64,000 bases of DNA from Eledone cirrhosa (Eukaryota), in NCBI GenBank assembly GCA_964016885.1, contig OZ024742.1:135222001-135286000 (forward strand), read 5' to 3'. The notes beneath the pieces are model-generated. The model did not search any database, was not told the origin of the DNA, and saw nothing but the letters and a program-made list of their open reading frames with translations. How positions within the stretch are numbered: position 1 is the first letter of the stretch; each line of letters opens with the position of its first letter. This document shows, piece after piece, positions 24,901 through 38,500 of this stretch. Both the position numbers and the translations under genes were made by a program.

Positions 24901-26529
24901 TAGTGATGGTGGTGTAGTGTTGTTACTGGTAGTAAGTGTGGTGATGTAGAGGTAGTGATGGTGGTGTCATGTTGTTACTGGTAGTAGGAGTGGTGAGGTA
25001 GAGGTGGTGGTGTAGTGTTGTTACTGGTAGTAGGAGTGGTGACGTAGAGGTAGTGATGGTGGTATAGTGTTGTTACTGGTAGTAGGAGTGGTGAGGTAGA
25101 GGTAGTGATGGTGGTGTAGTGTTGTTACTGGTAGTAAGTGGGTGAGGTAGAGGTAGTGATGGTGGTGTAGTGTTGTTACTGGTAGTAAGTGTGGTGAGAT
25201 AGAGGTAGTGATGGTGGTGTAGTGTTGTTACTGGTAGTAGGAGTGGTGAGGTAGAGGTGGTGGTGTAGTGTTGTTACTGGTAGTAGGAGTGGTGAGGTAG
25301 AGGTAGTGATGGTGGTGTAGTGTTGTTACTGGTAGTAAGTGTGGTGAGGTAGAGGTAGTGATGGTGGTGTAGTGTTGTTACTGGTAGTAGGAGTGGTGAG
25401 GTAGAGATGGTGGTGTAGTGTTGTTACTGGTAGTAGGAGTGGTGAGGTAGAGGTAGTGATGGTGGTGTAGTGCTGTTACTGGTAGTAGGAGTGGTGAGGT
25501 AGAGATGGTGGTGTAGTGTTGTTACTGGTAGTAGGAGTGGTGAGGTAGAGGTAGTGATGGTGGTGTAGTGTTGTTACTGGTAGTAGGAGTGGTGAGGTAG
25601 AGATGGTGGTGTAGTGTTGTTACTGGTAGTAGGAATGGTGAGGTAGAGGTAGTGATGGTGGTGTAGTGTTGTTACTGGTAGTAGGAGTGGTGAGGTAGAG
25701 ATGGTGGTGTAGTGTTGTTACTGGTAGTAGGAGTGGTGAGGTAGAGGTAGTGATGGTGGTGTAGTGTTGTTACTGGTAGTAAGTGTGGTGAGGTAGAGGT
25801 AGCGATGGTGGTGTAGTGTTGTTACTGGTAGTAAGTGTGCTGAGGTAGAGGTAGCGATGGTGGTGTAGTGTGGTTACTGGTAGTAAGTGTGGTGAGGTAG
25901 AGGTAGTCATGGTGGTGTAGTGTTGTTACTGGTAGTAAGTGTGGTGAGGTAGAGGTAGTGATGGTGGTATAGTGTTGTTACTGGTAGTAAGTGTGGTGAG
26001 GTAGAGGTAGTGATGGTGGTGTAGTGTTGTTACTGGTAGTAAGTGTGGTTAGGTAGAGGTAGTGATGGTGCTGTAGTGATGGTGGTGTAGTGTTGTTACT
26101 GGTAGTAAGAATGGTGAGGTAGAGGTAGTGATGGTGGTGTAGTGATGGTGGTGTAGTGTTGTTACTGGTAGTAAGAATGGTGAGGTAGAGGTAGTGATGG
26201 TGGTGTAGTGATGGTGGTGTTGTGTTGTTACTGGTAGTAAGTGTGGTGAGGTAGAGGTAGTGATGGTGGTGTAGTGTTGTTACTGGTAGTAAGAATGGTG
26301 AGGTAGAGGTAGTGATGGTGGTGTAGTGTTGTTACTGGTAGTAAGTGTGGTGAGGTAGAGGTAGTGATGGTGGTGTAGTGTTGTTACTGGTAGTAAGTGT
26401 GGTGAGGTAGAGGTAGTGATGGTGGTGTAGTGTTGTTACTGGTAGTAAGTGTGGTGAGGTAGAGGTAGTGATGGTGGTGTAGTGTTGTTACTGGTAGTAA
26501 GAGTGGTGAGGTAGAGGTAGTGATGGTGG

Positions 26530-29500
26530 TGTAGTGTTGTTACTGGTAGTAGGATTGGTGAGGTAGAGGTAGTGATGGTGGTGTAGTGTTGTTACTGGTA
26601 GTAAGTGTGGTGAGGTAGAGGTTGTGATGGTGGTGTAGTGTTGTTACTGGTAGTAAGAGTGGTGAGGTAGAGGTAGTGGTGGTGGTGTAGTGTTGTTACT
26701 GGTAGTAAGTGTGGCAAGGTAGAGGTAGTGATGGTGGTGTAGTGTTGTTACTGGTAGTAAGTGTGGTGAGGTAGAGGTAGTGATGGTGGTGTAGTGTTGT
26801 TACTGGTAGTAAGTGTGGTGAGGTAGAGGTAGTGATGGTGGTGTAGTGTTGTTACTGGTAGTAAGTGTGGTGATGTAGAGGTAGTGATGGTGGTGTCATG
26901 TTGTTACTGGTAGTAGGAGTGGTGAGGTAGAGGTGGTGGTGTAGTGTTGTTACTGGTAGTAGGAATGGTGAGGTAGAGGTAGTGATGGTGGTGTAGTGTT
27001 GTTACTGGTAGTAAGTGTGGTGAGGTAGAGGTAGTGATGGTGGTGTAGTGTTGTTACTGGTAGTAAGTGGGTGAGGTAGAGGTAGTGATGGTGGTGTAGT
27101 GTTGTTACTGGTAGTAAGTGTGGTGAGATAGAGGTAGTGATGGTGGTGTAGTGTTGTTACTGGTAGTAGGAGTGTTGAGGTAGAGGTGCTGGTGTAGTGT
27201 TGTTACTGGTAGTAGGAGTGGTGAGGTAGAGGTAGTGATGGTGGTGTAGTGTTGTTACTGGTAGTAAGTGTGGTGAGGTAGAGGTAGTGATGGTGGTGTA
27301 GTGTTGTTACTGGTAGTAGGAGTGGTGAGGTAGAGATGGTGGTGTAGTGTTGTTACTGGTAGTAGGAGTGGTGAGGTAGAGGTAGTGATGGTGGTGTAGT
27401 GCTGTTACTGGTAGTAGGAGTGGTGAGGTAGAGATGGTGGTGTAGTGTTGTTACTGGTAGTAGGAGTGGTGAGGTAGTGGTAGTGATGGTGGTGTAGTGT
27501 TGTTACTGGTAGTAGGAGTGGTGAGGTAGAGATGGTGGTGTAGTGTTGTTACTGGTAGTAGGAGTGATGAGGTAGAGGTAGTGATGGTGGTATAGTGTTG
27601 TTACTGGTAGTAAGTGTGGTGAGGTAGAGGTAGTGATGGTGGTGTAGTGTTGTTACTGGTAGTAAGTGTGGTTAGGTAGAGGTAGTGATGGTGCTGTAGT
27701 GATGGTGGTGTAGTGTTGTTACTGGTAGTAAGAATGGTGAGGTAGAGGTAGTGATGGTGGTGTAGTGATGGTGGTGTAGTGATGGTGGTGTAGTATTGTT
27801 ACTGGTAGTAAGTGTGGTGAGGTAGAGGTAGTGATGGTGGTGTAGTGTTGTTACTGGTAGTAAGTGTGGTGAGTTAGAGGTAGTGATGGTGGTGTAGTGT
27901 TGTTACTGGTAGTAAGTGTGGTGAGGTAGAGGTAGTGATGGTGGTGTAGTGTTGTTACTGGTAGTAAGAGTGGTGAGGTAGAGGTAGTGATGGTGGTGTA
28001 GTGTTGTTACTGGTAGTAGGATTGGTGAGGTAGAGGTAGTGATGGTGTTGTAGTGTTGTTACTGGTAGTAAGTGTGGTGAGGTAGAGGTAGTGATGGTGG
28101 TGTAGTGTTGTTACTGGTAGTAAGTGTGGTGAGGTAGAGGTAGTGATGGTGGTGTAGTGTTGTTACTGGTAGTAAGTGTGGTGAGGTAGAGGTAGTGATG
28201 GTGGTGTAGTGTTGTTACTGGTAGTAAGTGTGGCAAGGTAGAGGTAGTGATGGTGGTGTAGTGTTGTTACTGGTAGTAAGAGTGGTTAGGTAGAGGTAGT
28301 GATGGTGGTGTAGTGTTGTTACTGGTAGTAAGTGTGGTGAGGTAGAGGTAGTGACGGTGGTGTAGTGTTGTTACTGGTAGTAAGTGTGGTGAGGTAGAGG
28401 TAGTGGTGGTTGTGTAGTGTTGTTACTGGTAGTAAGTGTGGTGAGGTAGAGGTAGTGATGGTGGTGTAGTGTTGTTACTGGTAGTAAGTGTGGCAAGGTA
28501 GAGGTAGTGATGGTGGTGTAGTGTTGTTACTGGTAGTAAGTGTGGTGAGGTAGAGGTAGTGACGGTGGTGTAGTGTTGTTACTGGTAGTAAGTGTGGTGA
28601 GGTAGAGGTAGTGATGGTGGTGTAATGTTGTTACTGGTAGTAAGTGTGGTGAGGTAGAGGTAGTGATGGTGGTGTAGTGTTGTTACTGGTAGTAAGTGTG
28701 GTGAGGTAGAAGTAGTGATGGTGGTGTAGTGTTGTTACTGGTAGTAGGTGTGGTGAGGTAGAGGTAGTGATGGTGGTGTAGTGTTGTTACTGGTAGTAAG
28801 TGTGGTGAGGTAGAGGTAGTGATGGTGGTGTAATGTTGTTACTGGTAGTAAGTGTGGCAAGGTAGAGGTAGTGATGGTGGTGTAGTGTTGTTACTGGTAG
28901 TAGGAGTGGTGAGGTAGAGGTAGTGATGGTGGTGTAGTGTTGTTACTGGTAGTAATTTTGTTGAGGTAGAGGTAGTGATGGTGTTGTAGTGTTGTTACTG
29001 GTAGTAAGTGTGGTGAGGTATAGGTAGTGATGGTGGTGTAGTGATGTTACTGGTAGTAGGTGTGGTGAGGTAGAGGTAGTGATGGTGGTGTAGTGTTGTT
29101 ACTGGTAGTAAGTGTGGTTAGGTAGAGGTAGTGATGGTGGTGTAGTGTTGTTACTGGTAGTAAGTGTGGTGAGGTAGAGGTAGTGATGGTGGTGTAGTGA
29201 TGGTGGTGTAGTGTTGTTACTGGTAGTAAGTGTGGTGAGGTAGAGGTAGTGATGGTGGTGTAATGTTGTTACTGGTAGTAAGTGTGGTGAGGTAGAGGTA
29301 GTGATGGTGGTGTAGTGTTGTTACTGGTAGTAAGTGTGGTGAGGTAGAGGTAGTGATGGTGGTGTAGTGTTGTTACTGGTAGTAAGTGTGGTGAGGTGGA
29401 GGTAGTGATGGTGGTGTAGTGCTGTTGCTGGTAGTAAGTGTGGTGAGGTAGAGGTAGTGTTGATGGTGAAGTGTTGTTACTGGTAGTAAGTGTGGTGACG

Positions 29501-32500
29501 TAGTGGTAGTGAAGGTGGTGTAGTGTTGTTACTGGTAGTATGTGTAGTGAGGTAGAGGTAGTGATGGTGGTGTAGTGTTGTTACTGGTAGTAAGTGTGGT
29601 GAGGTAGAGGTAGTGATGGTGGTGTAGTGTTGTTAGTGGTAGTAAGTGTGGTGAGGTAGAGGTAGTGATGGTGGTGTAGTGTTGTTACTGGTAGTAAGAG
29701 TGGTGAGGTAGAGGTAGTGATGGTGGTGTAGTGTTGTTACTGGTAGTAAGAGTGGTGAGGTAGAGGTAGTGATGGTGGTGTAGTGTTGTTACTGGTAGTA
29801 AGTGTGGTGAGGTAGAGGTAGTGATGGTGGTGTAGTGTTGTTACTGGTAGTAAGTGTGGTGAGGTAGAGGTAGTGATGGTGGTGTAGTGTTGTTACTGGT
29901 AGTAAGTGTGGTGAGGTAGAGGTAGTGATGGTGGTGTGATGTTGTTACTGGTAGTAGGAGTGGTGAGGTAGAGGTAGTGATGGTGGTGTAGTGTTGTTAC
30001 TGGTAGTAAGTGTGGTGAGGTAGAGGTAGTGATGGTGGTGTAGTGTTGTTACTGGTAGTAAGTGTGGTGAGGTAGAGGTAGTGATGGTGGTGTAGTGTTG
30101 TTACTGGTAGTAAGTGTGGTGAGATAGAGGTAGTGATGGTGGTGTAGTGTTGTTACAGGTAGTAGGAGTGGTGAGGTAGAGGTGGTGGTGTAGTGTTGTT
30201 ACTGGTAGTAGGAGTGGTGAGGTAGAGGTAGTGATGGTGGTGTAGTGTTGTTACTGGTAGTAAGTGTGGTGAGGTAGAGGTAGTGATGGTGGTGTAGTGT
30301 TGTTACTGGTAGTAGGAGTGGTAAGGTAGAGATGGTGGTGTAGTGTTGTTACTGGTAGTAGGAGTGGTGAGGTAGAGGTAGTGATGGTAGTGTAGTGCTG
30401 TTACTGGTAGTAGGAGTGGTGAGGTAGATTTGGTGGTGTAGTGTTGTTACTGGTAGTAGGAGTGGTGAGGTAGAGGTAGTGATGGTGGTGTAGTGTTGTT
30501 ACTGGTAGTAGGAGTGGTGAGGTAGAGATGGTGGTGTAGTGTAGTTACTGGTAGTAGTGGTGGTGAGGTAGAGGTAGTGATGGTGGTGTAGTTCTGTTAC
30601 TGGTAGTAGGAGTGGTGAGGTAGAGATGGTGGTGTAGTGTTGTTACTGGTAGTAGGAGTGGTGAGGTATAGGTAGTGATGGTGGTGTAGTGTTGTTACTG
30701 GTAGTAAGTGTGGTGAGGTAGAGGTAGTGATGTTGTTACTGGTAGTAGGTGTGGTGAGGTATAGGTAGTGATGGTGGTGTAGTGTTCTTACTGGTAGTAA
30801 GTGTGGTGAGGTAGAGGTAGCGATGGTGGTGTAGTGTTGTTACTGGTAGTAAGTGTGGTGAGGTAGAGGTAGCGATGGTGGTGTAGTGTTGTTACTGGTA
30901 GTAAGTGTGGTAAGGTAGAGGTAGTCATGGTGATGTAGTGTTGTTACTGGTAGTAAGTGTGGTGAGGTAGAGGTAGTGATGGTTGTATAGTGTTGTTACT
31001 GGTAGTAAGTGTGGTGAAGTAGAGGTAGTGATGGTGGTGTAGTGTTGTTACTGGTAGTAAGTGTGGTTAGGTAGAGGTAGTGATGGTGGTGTAGTGATGG
31101 TGGTGTAGTGTTGTTACTGGTAGTAAGAATGGTGAGGTAGAGGTAGTGATGGTGGTGTAGTGATGGTGGTGTAGTGTTGTTACTGGTAGTAAGAATGGTG
31201 AGGTAGAGGTAGTGATGGTGGTGTAGTGATGGTGGTGTAGTGTTGTTACTGGTAGTAAGTGTGGTGAGGTAGAGGTAGTGATGGTGGTGTAGTGTTGTTA
31301 CTGGTAGTAAGAATGGTGAGGTAGAGGTAGTGATGGTGGTGTAGTGATGGTGGTGTAGTGTTGTTACTGGTAGTAAGTGTGGTGAGGTAGAGGTAGTGAT
31401 GGTGGTGTAGTGTTGTTACTGGTAGTAAGTGTGGTGAGGTAGAGGTAGTGATGGTGGTGTAGTGTTGTTACTGGTAGTAAGAGTGCTGAGGTAGAGGTAG
31501 TGATGGTGGTATAGTGTTGTTACTGGTAGTAAGTGTGGTGAGGTAGAGGTAGTGATGGTGGTGTAGTGTTGTTACTGGTAGTAAGTGTGGTGAGGTAGAG
31601 GTAGTGATGGTGGTGTAGTGTTGTTACTGGGAGTAGGAGTGGTGAGGTAGAAGTAGTGATGGTGGTGTAGTGTTGTTACTGGTAGTAAGTGTGGTGAGGT
31701 AGAGGTAGTGATGGTGGTGTAGTCTTGTTACTGGTAGTAAGAGTGGTGAGGTAGAGGTAGTGATGGTGGTGTAGTGTTGTTACTGGTAGTAAGAGTTGTG
31801 AGGTAGAGGTAGTGATGGTGGTGTAGTGTTGTCACTGGTAGTAAGAGTGGTGAGGTAGAGGTAGTGATGGTGGTGTAGTGTTGTTACTGGTAGTAAGTGT
31901 GGTGAGGTAGAGGTAGTGATGGTGGTGTAGTGTTGTTACTGGTAGTAAGTGTGGTGAGGTAGAGGTAGTGATGGTGGTGTAGTGTTGTTACTGGTAGTAA
32001 GTCTGGTGAGGTAGAGGTTGTGATGATGGTGCAGTGTTGTTACTGGTAGTAAGTGTGGTGAGGTAGAGGTAGTGATGGTGGTGTAGTGTTGTTACTGGTA
32101 GTAGGTGTGGTGAGGTAGAGGTAGTGATGGTGGTGTAGTGTTGTTACTGGTAGTAAGTGTGGTGAGGTAGAGGTAGTTATGGTGGTGTAGTGTTGTTACT
32201 GGTAGTAGGAGTGGTGAAGTAGAGGTTGTGATGGTGGTGTAGTGTTGTTACTGGTAGTAAGTGTGGTGAGGTAGAGGTAGTGATGGTGGTGTAGTGTTGT
32301 TACTGGTAGTAGGAGTGGTGAGGTAGAGGTAGTGATGGTGGTGTAGTGTTGTTACTGGTAGTAAGTGTGGTGAGGTAGAGGTAGTGATGGTGGTGTAGTG
32401 TTGTTACTGGTAGTAAGTGAGGTGAGGTAGTGGTAGTGATGGTGGTGTAGTGTTGTTACTGGTAGTAAGTGTGGTGAGGTAGAGGTAGTGATGGTGGTGT

Positions 32501-35500
32501 AGTGTTGTTACTGGTAGTAAGAGTGGTGAGGTAGAGGTAGTGATGATGGTGTAGTGTTGTTACTAGTAGTAAGTGTGGTGAAGTAGAGGTAGTGATGGTG
32601 TTGTAGTTTTGTTACTGGTAGTAAGAGTGGTGAGGTAGAGGTAGTGATGGTGGCGTAGTGTTGTTACTGGTAGTATGTGTGGTGAGGTAGAGGTAGCGAT
32701 GGTGGTGTAGTGTTGTTACTGGTAGTATGTGTGGTGAGGTAGGGGTAGTGATGCTGGTGTAGTGTTGTTACTGGTAGTATGTGTGGTGAGGTAGAGGTAG
32801 CGATGGTGGTGTAGTGTTGTTACTGGTAGTAAGTGTGGTGAGGTAGGGGTAGTGATGCTGGTGTAGTGTTGTTACTGGTAGTAAGTGTGGTGAGGTAGAA
32901 GTAGTGATGGTGGTGTAGTGTTGTTAATGTTAGTAAGTGTGGTGAGGTAGAAGTAGTGATGGTGGTGTAGTGTTGTTACTGGTAGTAAGAGTGGTAAGGT
33001 AGAGCTAGAGATGGTGGTATAGTGTTGTTACTGGTAGTAAGTGTGGTGAGGTAGAGGTAGTGATGGTGGTGTAGTGTTGTTACTGGTAGTAAGTGTGGTG
33101 AGGTAGAGGTAGTGATGGTGGTGTAGTGTTGTTACTGGTAGTAAGAGTGGTGAGGTAGAGGTAGTGATGATGGTGTAGTGTTGTTACTAGTAGTAAGTGT
33201 GGTGAAGTAGAGGTAGTGATGGTGTTGTAGTTTTGTTACTGGTAGTAAGAGTGGTGAGGTAGAGGTAGTGATGGTGGCGTAGTGTTGTTACTGGTAGTAT
33301 GTGTGGTGAGGTAGAGGTAGCGATGGTGGTGTAGTGTTGTTACTGGTAGTATGTGTGGTGAGGTAGAGGTAGCGATGGTGGTGTAGTGTTGTTACTGGTA
33401 GTAAGTGTGGTGAGGTAGGGGTAGTGATGCTGGTGTAGTGTTGTTACTGGTAGTAAGTGTGGTGAGGTAGAAGTAGTGATGGTGGTGTAGTGTTGTTACT
33501 GGTAGTAAGTGTGGTGAGGTAGAAGTAGTGATGGTGGTGTAGTGTTGTTACTGGTAGTAAGAGTGGTAAGGTAGAGCTAGAGATGGTGGTATAGTGTTGT
33601 TACTGGTAGTAAGTGTGGTGAGGTAGAGGTAGTGATGGTGGTGTAGTGTTGTTACTGGTAGTAAGTGTGGTGAGGTAGAGGTAGTGATGGTGGTGTAGTG
33701 TTGTTACTGGTAGTAAGTGTGGTGTGGTAGGGGTAGTGATGGTGGTGTAGTGTTGTTACTCGTAGTAAGTGTGGTGCGTTAGAGGTAGTGATGGTGTTGT
33801 AGTTTTGTTACTGGTAGTAAGAGTGGTGAGGTAGAGGTAGTGATGGTGTTGTAGTCTTGTTACTGGTAGTAAGTGTGGTGAGGTAGAGGTAGTGATGGTG
33901 GTGTAGTGATGGTGGTGTAGTGTTGTTACTGGTAGTAAGTGTGGTGAGGTAGAGGTAGTGATGGTGGTGTAGTGTTGTTACTGGTAGTAAGTGTGGTGAG
34001 GTAGTGGTAGTGATGGTGGTGTAGTGTTGTTACTGGTAGTAAGTGTGGTGAGGTAGAGGTAGTGATGGTGGTGTAGTGTTTTTACTGGTAGTAAGAGTGG
34101 TGAGGTAGAGGTAGTGATGGTGGTGTAGTGTTGTCACTGGTAGTAAGAGTGGTGAGGTAGAGGTAGTGATGGTGGTGTAGTGTTGTTACTGGTAGTAAGT
34201 GTGGTGAGGTAGAGGTAGTGATGGTGGTGTAGTGTTGTTACTGGTAGTAAGTGTGGTGTGGTAGGGGTAGTGATGGTGGTGTAGTGTTGTTACTCGTAGT
34301 AAGTGTGGTGAGGTAGAAGTAGTGATGGTGGTGTAGTGTTGTTACTGGTAGTAAGTGTGGTGCGTTAGAGGTAGTGATGGTGTTGTAGTTTTGTTACTGG
34401 TAGTAAGAGTGGTGAGGTAGAGGTAGTGATGGTGTTGTAGTCTTGTTACTGGTAGTAAGTGTGGTGAGGTAGAGGTAGTGATGGTGGTGTAGTGATGGTG
34501 GTGTAGTGTTGTTACTGGTAGTAAGTGTGGTGAGGTAGTGGTAGTGATGGTGGTGTAGTGTTGTTACTGGTAGTAAGTGTGGTGAGGTAGAGGTAGTGAT
34601 GGTGGTGTAGTGTTGTTACTGGTAGTAAGAGTGGTGAGGTAGAGGTAGTGATGGTGGTGTAGTGTTGTCACTGGTAGTAAGAGTGGTGAGGTAGAGGTAG
34701 TGATGGTGGTGTAGTGTTGTTACTGGTAGTAAGTGTGGTGAGGTAGAGGTAGTGATGGTGGTGTAGTGTTGTTACTGGGAGTAGGAGTGGTGAGGTAGAA
34801 GTAGTGATGGTGGTGTAGTGTTGTTACTGGTAGTAAGTGTGGTGAGGTAGAGGTAGTGATGGTGGTGTAGTGTTGTTACTGGTAGTAGGATTGGTGAGGT
34901 AGAGGTAGTGATGGTGGTGTAGTGTTGTTACTGGTAGTAAGTGTGGTGAGGTAGAGGTTGTGATGGTGGTGTAGTGTTGTTACTGGTAGTAAGAGTGGTG
35001 AGGTAGAGGTAGTGGTGGTGGTGTAGTGTTGTTACTGGTAGTAAGTGTGGCAAGGTAGAGGTAGTGATGGTGGTGTAGTGTTGTTACTGGTAGTAAGTGT
35101 GGTGAGGTAGAGGTAGTGATGGTGGTGTAGTGTTGTTACTGGTAGTAAGTGTGGTGAGGTAGAGGTAGTGATGGTGGTGTAGTGTTGTTACTGGTAGTAA
35201 GTGTGGTGATGTAGAGGTAGTGATGGTGGTGTCATGTTGTTACTGGTAGTAGGAGTGGTGAGGTAGAGGTGGTGGTGTAGTGTTGTTACTGGTAGTAGGA
35301 ATGGTGAGGTAGAGGTAGTGATGGTGGTGTAGTGTTGTTACTGGTAGTAAGTGTGGTGAGGTAGAGGTAGTGATGGTGGTGTAGTGTTGTTACTGGTAGT
35401 AAGTGGGTGAGGTAGAGGTAGTGATGGTGGTGTAGTGTTGTTACTGGTAGTAAGTGTGGTGAGATAGAGGTAGTGATGGTGGTGTAGTGTTGTTACTGGT

Positions 35501-38500
35501 AGTAGGAGTGTTGAGGTAGAGGTGCTGGTGTAGTGTTGTTACTGGTAGTAGGAGTGGTGAGGTAGAGGTAGTGATGGTGGTGTAGTGTTGTTACTGGTAG
35601 TAAGTGTGGTGAGGTAGAGGTAGTGATGGTGGTGTAGTGTTGTTACTGGTAGTAGGAGTGGTGAGGTAGAGATGGTGGTGTAGTGTTGTTACTGGTAGTA
35701 GGAGTGGTGAGGTAGAGGTAGTGATGGTGGTGTAGTGCTGTTACTGGTAGTAGGAGTGGTGAGGTAGAGATGGTGGTGTAGTGTTGTTACTGGTAGTAGG
35801 AGTGGTGAGGTAGTGGTAGTGATGGTGGTGTAGTGTTGTTACTGGTAGTAGGAGTGGTGAGGTAGAGATGGTGGTGTAGTGTTGTTACTGGTAGTAGGAG
35901 TGGTGAGGTAGAGGTAGTGATGGTGGTATAGTGTTGTTACTGGTAGTAAGTGTGGTGAGGTAGAGGTAGTGATGGTGGTGTAGTGTTGTTACTGGTAGTA
36001 AGTGTGGTTAGGTAGAGGTAGTGATGGTGCTGTAGTGATGGTGGTGTAGTGTTGTTACTGGTAGTAAGAATGGTGAGGTAGAGGTAGTGATGGTGGTGTA
36101 GTGATGGTGGTGTAGTGATGGTGGTGTAGTATTGTTACTGGTAGTAAGTGTGGTGAGGTAGAGGTAGTGATGGTGGTGTAGTGTTGTTACTGGTAGTAAG
36201 TGTGGTGAGGTAGAGGTAGTGATGGTGGTGTAGTGTTGTTACTGGTAGTAAGTGTGGTGAGGTAGAGGTAGTGATGGTGGTGTAGTGTTGTTACTGGTAG
36301 TAAGAGTGGTGAGGTAGAGGTAGTGATGGTGGTGTAGTGTTGTTACTGGTAGTAGGATTGGTGAGGTAGAGGTAGTGATGGTGGTGTAGTGTTGTTACTG
36401 GTAGTAAGTGTGGTGAGGTATAGGTAGTGATGGTGTTGTAGTGTTGTTACTGGTAGTAAGTGTGGTGAGGTAGAGGTAGTGACGGTGGTGTAGTGTTGTT
36501 ACTGGTAGTAAGTGTGGTGAGGTATAGGTAGTGATGGTGTTGTAGTGTTGTTACTGGTAGTAAGTGTGGTGAGGTAGAGGTAGTGATGGTGGTGTAGTGT
36601 TGTTACTGGTAGTAAGTGTGGTGAGGTATAGGTAGTGATGGTGTTGTAGTGTTGTTACTGGTAGTAAGTGTGGTGAGGTAGAGGTAGTGATGGTGGTGTA
36701 GTGTTGTTACTGGTAGTAAGTGTGGCAAGGTAGAGGTAGTGATGGTGGTGTAGTGTTGTTACTGGTAGTAAGAGTGGTGAGGTAGAGGTTGTGATGGTGG
36801 TATAGTGTTGTTACTGGTAGTAATTTTGTTGAGGTAGAGGTAGTGATGGTGTTGTAGTGTTGTTACTGGTAGTAGGTGTGGTGAGGTAGAGGTAGTGATG
36901 GTGGTGTAGTGATGTTACTGGTAGTAGGTGTGGTGAGGTAGAGGTAGTGATGGTGGTGTAGTGTTGTTACTGGTAGTAAGTGTGGTTAGGTAGAGGTAGT
37001 GATGGTGGTGTAGTGTTGTTACTGGTAGTAAGTGTGGTGAGGTAGAAGTAGTGATGGTGGTGTAGTGTTGTTACTGGTAGTAAGTGTGGTGAGGTAGAGG
37101 TAGTGATGGTGGTGTAGTGTTGTTACTGGTAGTAAGAGTGGTGAGGTAGAGGTAGTGATGGTGGTGTAGTGTTGTTACTGGTAGTAAGTGTGGTGAGGTA
37201 GAGGTAGTGATGGTGGTGTAGTGTTGTTACTGGTAGTAAGAGTGGTGAGGTAGAGGTAGTGATGGTGGTGTAGTGTTGTTACTGGTAGTAAGTGTGGTGA
37301 GGTAGAAGTAGTGATGGTGGTGTAGTGTTGTTACTGGTAGTAAGTGTGGTGAGGTAGAGGTAGTGATGGTGGTGTAGTGTTGTTACTGGTAGTAAGTGTG
37401 GTGAGGTAGAGGTAGTGATGGTGGTGTAGTGTTGTTACTGGTAGTAAGAGTGGTGAGGTAGAAGTAGTGATGGTGGTGTAGTGTTGTTACTGGTAGTAAG
37501 TGTGGTGAGGTAGAGGTAGTGATGGTGGTGTAGTGTTGTTACTGGTAGTAAGTGTGGTGAGGTAGAAGTAGTGATGGTGGTGTAGTGTTGTTACTGGTAG
37601 TAAGAGTGGTGAGGTAGTGGTAGTGATGGTGGTGTAGTGTTGTTACTGGTAGTAAGTGTGGTGAGGTAGAGGTAGTGATGGTGGTGTAATGTTGTTACTG
37701 GTAGTAAGTGTGGTGAGGTAGAGGTAGTGATGGTGGTGTAGTGTTGTTACTGGTAGTAAGTGTGGTGAGGTAGAGGTAGTGATGGTGGTGTAGTGTTGTT
37801 ACTGGTAGTAAGTGTGGTGAGGTGGAGGTAGTGATGGTGGTGTAGTGCTGTTGCTGGTAGTAAGTGTGGTGAGGTAGAGGTAGTGTTGATGGTGAAGTGT
37901 TGTTACTGGTAGTAAGTGTGGTGACGTAGTGGTAGTGAAGGTGGTGTAGTGTTGTTACTGGTAGTATGTGTAGTGAGGTAGAGGTAGTGATGGTGGTGTA
38001 GTGTTGTTACTGGTAGTAAGTGTGGTGAGGTAGAGGTAGTGATGGTGGTGTAGTGTTGTTAGTGGTAGTAAGTGTGGTGAGGTAGAGGTAGTGATGGTGG
38101 TATAGTGTTGTTACTGGTAGTAAGAGTGGTGAGGTAGAGGTAGTGATGGTGGTGTAGTGTTGTTACTGGTAGTAAGAGTGGTGAGGTAGAGGTAGTGATG
38201 GTGGTGTAGTGTTGTTACTGGTAGTAAGTGTGGTGAGGTAGAGGTAGTGATGGTGGTGTAGTGTTGTTACTGGTAGTAAGTGTGGTGAGGTAGAGTTAGT
38301 GATGGTGGTGTAGTGTTGTTACTGGTAGTAAGTGTGGTGAGGTAGAGGTAGTGATGGTGGTGTGATGTTGTTACTGGTAGTAGGAGTGGTGAGGTAGAGG
38401 TAGTGATGGTGGTGTAGTGTTGTTAGTGGTAGTAAGTGTGGTGAGGTAGAGGTAGTGATGGTGGTGTAGTGTTGTTACTGGTAGTAAGTGTAGTGAGGTA

